DNA of 53,390 nucleotides, from the NCBI GenBank assembly GCA_032718475.1, contig JAUCBJ010000489.1:1-53390 (forward strand), written 5' to 3'. Below are positions 48,101-53,390 of the stretch, piece after piece; within the stretch, counting starts at the first letter, position 1; every line of letters begins with the position of its first letter. This stretch comes from Nemertoderma westbladi. Its lineage: Eukaryota > Animalia > Xenacoelomorpha. Under the pieces are notes generated by a model. It was not told the origin of the DNA and ran no database searches. It saw nothing but the letters and a program-made list of their open reading frames with translations. A program made the translations under genes and the position numbers.

Positions 48101-51100
48101 CTGCGTAGTAAACAACAGGTCCTCCAAAGAATGTGCCTTTGGTAAATTATATCTTGAAGGGGGAAGTTAGATTCACTGCATAAATGCAGTTCATCTAACT
48201 TCCCCCAAATATCCACTATTGAATAAATTTGAAGGGATATTATTAAGTCCAAAATTGTGAGAGTTTTTAATTGTGTGGTCCAATTGTTATTTGATCTCTA
48301 AAGTGCATTTAATATCATACTGGTTTTTTAGAATATTATAACCTTATATTTTATTAATTTACCCAATCGAAACCCTTATATGGACCAGTTATTTGTACAC
48401 ATGTCCCTAATGCGCTCAGTAAGGTCCAAACAACATATTAATATGAAAATAAACTATCTGCAACGAAAAGAACCCAATAATACACCATTTGACCTTATTA
48501 AAAAAATTGCACTTTTGCACACTTATTTGCATTGCACAAGTGCACTTGAGCGGATCCTAAAGGTGGTTCCTATTTAAGACACTTATGTTTATCCTCTACC
48601 GATCTACGATGGTGCATGATCAAGTGTCAGTCGCTAAAAGTGTCAAAAATTCAATTTATTAAATTGCGACATTTGCGATTTTGGACCATATTCATGGACA
48701 TTTTAAGTCACTTTATAGACATAAAAAGATAAACAAATGTTAAGATTATAGTTAGAATTCACTCCAAACTACATTTTAACCCAAGTAATAACATTCTACG
48801 ATGAATAGAACTTGAAATAATAGTGTTTGAAATATCGAAAAAATGTCCACTATTTAAGTGCATTTTGCATTAAGTGCACATGCGTCTTTTCCCAAGTTGT
48901 ATCCTATTTCACACACTACAATCTATCCTCTATCCAATGAAAAAAGTTTCAGATCAAACGGCCCAGTAGAACCGAAGTTATTGATGTTTAAAAATAGTCA
49001 CCCGAAAATTTCAAATTCTCTTGGTCACATAGCCTAGTGGTTATCAATAACGTTAATGAAACCTAAGTTCGCGGGTACGAAATCCAATATTGGCCATTCT
49101 TAATTTTTTGTAAAAAAATTTTTTTTTATTTTTTCACTAAAATCGCTCTAACTTCGGTTCTGGTGGTCCAAATTCAATAAAATTGGTATATTCTTTGCCG
49201 TAATTTTTTTTTCTATCTTTTGAGAGGGGGTCATTTTTGGCCCCAAAAAAATTGAAAAAAAGGGCCAAAATTACGCGATATTTTTCGACCCTTAAAATTC
49301 GTAATTTTAATTATAAATGTTAAGAAAAAAGATAGCAGAGGTAATTTTCTACATTTTAAATGTAGTTTTGGCGCAATACGCTAAATTATAATAGAGTAGC
49401 GATTTATTAAAAAAAAAAAATTTTTTGTCCCTTTTTATAAATATTTTATTTCACACGATCGTCTGCCGCACCAGTTGTATAATAGCTACGGCGCTGTAAC
49501 TAAGGCTGAAAGATAGATAATTTAACGCTCTATAAGAATGTTTAAATGCGTCTCCCAGACGTTGAGTAGTTTTCGAGCTAGACGTGTTCCCGCGCAGCCA
49601 GTTTGAAACGCGAAATTATAATATTGGCCCTCATTTTTTTTATATCATTTGTGCAGCAAATCCAATCGAATATTTGGATTGCCCGTATCAATATTAACCG
49701 TATAAAATGCACCTTAACCGTCTAGAGTTAAAAATTAAAAAGTTATTAGTTATAAATCATTTATCATATTCTGGCCCTTTTTGGACCCTTTTGCCGACAT
49801 AATTTCTGTACCCCCATTCGATAGGAATGTAGCTCCTGTGATCCTTTACTCGTTCCGAAAAAGAATTGGCAGATTCCTACTAGCGTTTTCGAATTAAAAA
49901 TTTCGGAAATATTAATTATTTAAAAAAGACGGACAAAAACGGAAAAATTACGACCCCTTTTTCGACCCGACATATTAATAAATATCTTACCCCCATTCGA
50001 TACAAAGGTAGTACCACTCTTTCCCTTTCCACCCGCCTTACTTTCGTCCCCGTACAATTAATACTAGCCGAGTTATAGCGCATCCCGCAAAGTCATTTTG
50101 TCCGTTTTCTCGACTTTGACGGACATTAGCCACAAAACCATGGACTTAATTTTCAAAACAAAAATATGTGAAATCTAATTTTTAGACCCTCTTTCGATTC
50201 CGCGCGACGCCTAGTCCGTTGGGGCGATATTGATTTTTTTTTACATAGACCCTAATGGTGAATTCCCGCGGAGACGACGGACAATCGTCCGTAATGTCCG
50301 TCAAACCGATAGATCGGAGAATCCAGATGGATCAAATGTCTTAGAATCGGCCGAAGCGTCCTCAATGAAAATATACTTTACGAAAGACCACGAGGTAAAG
50401 GGAAAAGTGATGGAGGGAAGAGGAAAGATATGGGGTATGGGTCGAAAGACATGATGAGGGAAGAAAAGCTGATCTCGTTAATTTTATATTACTTGTTATT
50501 TTAAGTAATATATTTTTGCTTCGACTGAATGCTTGCTCTATAGTCTATATACTGGTTACCCATGAATATTAATATATACTACATTATCGTTTGTACATAC
50601 TACGAAGTCTGTAAGTTATAGTTACTGAAACATTTCAGCTCTGAAATTATAATATATGAATCGAGGATGTATTTGTTACGATCTACATAGAATATATAGG
50701 TTATTGAAACCGTTATATTGTGACGATGGATTATAGGATTCTTTCACTGGTAAATCCCTATAAATGTTGAAGTAATAAAATTTAATTCCAGAACCAAAGT
50801 TTGAAGGTCTGCATTTTATACCACTCATAGCTTAGAAATTGTACAATGTATTGTCAATCTGAGTGAAGTCGTATAGTTTCAACGAACCCTGCGTAGTAAA
50901 CAACAGGTCCTCTAAAGCGTGTGCCTTTGGTAAATTATATCTTGAAGGGGGAAGTTAGATTCACTGCATAAATGCAGTTCATCTAACTTCCCCCAAATAT
51001 CCACTATTGAATAAATTTGAAGGGATATTATTAAGTCCAAAATTGTGAGAGTTTTTAATTGTGTGGTCCAATTGTTTTTTGATCTCTATTTATTGTTTAA

Positions 51101-53390
51101 AGTGGATTTAATATCATACTGGTTTTTTAGAATATTATAACCTTATATTTTATTAATTTACCCAATCGAACCCTTATAAGGACCAGTTATTTGTACACAT
51201 GTCCCTAATGCGCTCAGTAAGGTTCAAACAACATATTAATATGAAAATAAAGTATCTCCAACGAAAAGAACCCAATACTATACAATTTGATCTCATTTAA
51301 AATTTGCACTTTTGCACACTTATTTGCACAAGTGCACTTTAGCAGATCCTAATGGTGGATCTTATTTAACAAACTTATGTTTATCCTCTACCGATCTACG
51401 ACGGTGCATGATCAAGTGTCTGTTGCTAAAAGTTTCAAAAATGAAATTTAATAAATCGCGACATTTGCGATTTTGGACCATATTCATGGACATTTTAAGT
51501 CACTTTATAGACATAAAAAGGTAAACAAATGTTAAGCTTATAGTTAGAAATCACACTAAACTACATTTTAATCCAAAAAATAACATTCTATGATGAATAG
51601 AACTGAAAATAATAGTGTTTGAAATATCGAAAAAATGTGCACTTTTTAAGTGCATTTTGCACTAAGTGCACATGCGTCTTTTCCCAAGTTGTTTCCTATT
51701 TCGCACACTACAACCTATCCTCTATCCAATGAAAAAAGTTTCAGATCAAACGGACGAGTAGAACCGCAGTTATTGATGTTTAAATATAGTCACTCGAAAA
51801 TTTCAAAACCACTTGGTCACATAGTCTAGTGGTCATCAATCACGTTAATGAAACCTAAGTTCGAGGGTACGAAATCCAATATTGGCCATTCTTAATTTTT
51901 TGCAAAAAAAAATATTTTTATTTTTTCACTAAAATCGCTCTAACTTCGGTTCTGGTGGTCCAAATTCAATAAAATTGGTATATTCTTTGCCGTAATTTTT
52001 TTTTCTATCTTTTGAGAGGGGGTCATTTTTGGCCCCAAAAAAATGGAAAAAAAAGGGCCAAATTTACGCGATATTTTTCGACCCTTAAAATTCGTAATTT
52101 TAATTATAAATGTTAAGAAAAAAGATAGCGGAGGTAATTTTCTACATTTTAAATGTAGTTTTGGTGCAATACGCTAAATTATAATGGAGTAGCGATTTAT
52201 TAAAAAAAAATTTTTTTTTGCCCCTTTTTATAAATATTTAATTTCACACGATCGTCTGCCGCACCAGTTGTATAATAGCTACGGCGCTGTAACTAACGCT
52301 GAAAGATAGATAATTTAACGCTCTATAAGAATGTTTAAATACGTCTCCCAGACGTTGAGTAGTTTTCGAGCTAGACGTGTTCCCGCGCAGCGAGTTTGAA
52401 ACGCGAAATTTTAATATTGGCCCTCATTTTTTTTATATCATTTGCGCAGCCAAAGCAATCGAATATTTGGATTGCCCGTATCAATATTAACCGTATAAAA
52501 TGTACCTTAACCTTCTAGAGTAAAAAATTAAAAAGTTATTAGTTATAAATCCTTTATCAGTTTCTGGCCCTTTTTGGACCCTTTTGCCGACATATTTTTT
52601 GTACCCCCATTCGATAGGAATGTAGCCCATGTGGTCTGTTACGACTTCCGAAAAAGAATTGGCAGATTCCTACTAGCGTTTTCGAATTAAAAATTTCGGA
52701 AATATTAATCATATAAAAATGACGGACAAAAACGGAAAAGTTACGGCCCCTTTTTAGACCCGACATATTAATAAATATCTTACCCCCATTCGATACGAAC
52801 GTAGTACTACTCTTTCCCTATCCACCCGCGTTACCTTCGTCTCCGTACGATTAATACTAGCCGAGTTATAGCGGATCCCGCAAAGTCATTTTGTCCGTTT
52901 TCTCGAATTTGACGGACATTAGCCGGTAAACCATCGACTTAATTTTTAAAACAAAAATATGTGAAATCTAATTTTTAGACCCTCTTTCGATTCCGGGCAA
53001 CTTCTAGCGGGTAGGGGCGATATTTAATTTTTTTTACATAGACCCTAATGGTGAATTCGCGTGAAGAAAACGGACAATTGTCCGTCATGTCCGTCAAAAC
53101 GATAGATTCGCTAAAAGCTCTGAAGAATCTTATTTTTTTTGCATTACGCGTCCCCCCTCGAAAAATCAAGAAAATCGTACGGCTGGAAATAGGTCGAATG
53201 GGGGGGGAACACCGTTTTCGCAGTAACTACGCGTCCAGTATGTAGACTGCGTCCTTTAGAGGGGCGGCGAATTCACCTCACTCAACGCCGCCCTTAATGA
53301 ATGTTTTTAAAAGATATTTCTTCCCACCAAGGCGGACCCACACGGAATATATACTTGACGAAAGACCACGAGGTAAAGGGAAAAGCGTGG
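45125..53390. repeat. Macrosatellite, ~3 units of ~2.8-3.0 kb, running off the window end
   Basis: ATTCACTGCATAAATGCAGTTCA anchors near 45140, 48170 and 50960; units are colinear throughout. Confidence 0.92.
46037..46109 (+). other. tRNA-like 73-nt module in the macrosatellite (copies at 49023-49095 and 51815-51887)
   Basis: GGTCA...TGACC ends, A box TAGTCTAGTGG, B-box-like GGTTCGAAATCC. Confidence 0.55.

Noticed and set aside
45534-53245. Short ORFs repeated in the macrosatellite
   Set aside because: Frames are not preserved across units and show no domain similarity.

Overview
AT-rich, repeat-dense animal (probably invertebrate) genomic DNA; not prokaryotic, and no CRISPR array or rRNA seen. 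Mostly transposon material: a frameshifted Mutator-like (MULE) transposase with ~700-bp inverted repeats, a BEL/Pao LTR retrotransposon (5' LTR, long leader and gag-pro truncated at the protease), a related inverted LTR carrying a satellite-bearing Crypton/Helentron-type insert, RTE, RLE-type and degraded LINE fragments, several MITEs, micro/minisatellites and a ~2.8-3.0 kb macrosatellite. Host-like genes: the last two exons of a SUMF2-like gene, a tRNA-His gene and a fungal-type TPR-SET protein gene. Top observation: the BEL/Pao LTR has no tRNA-type PBS; the 12 nt right after it are the exact reverse complement of a 12-mer inside the LTR, the geometry of Tf1-style self-priming. Alignments and translations beyond the ORF track were done by eye, so boundaries and identities are approximate.
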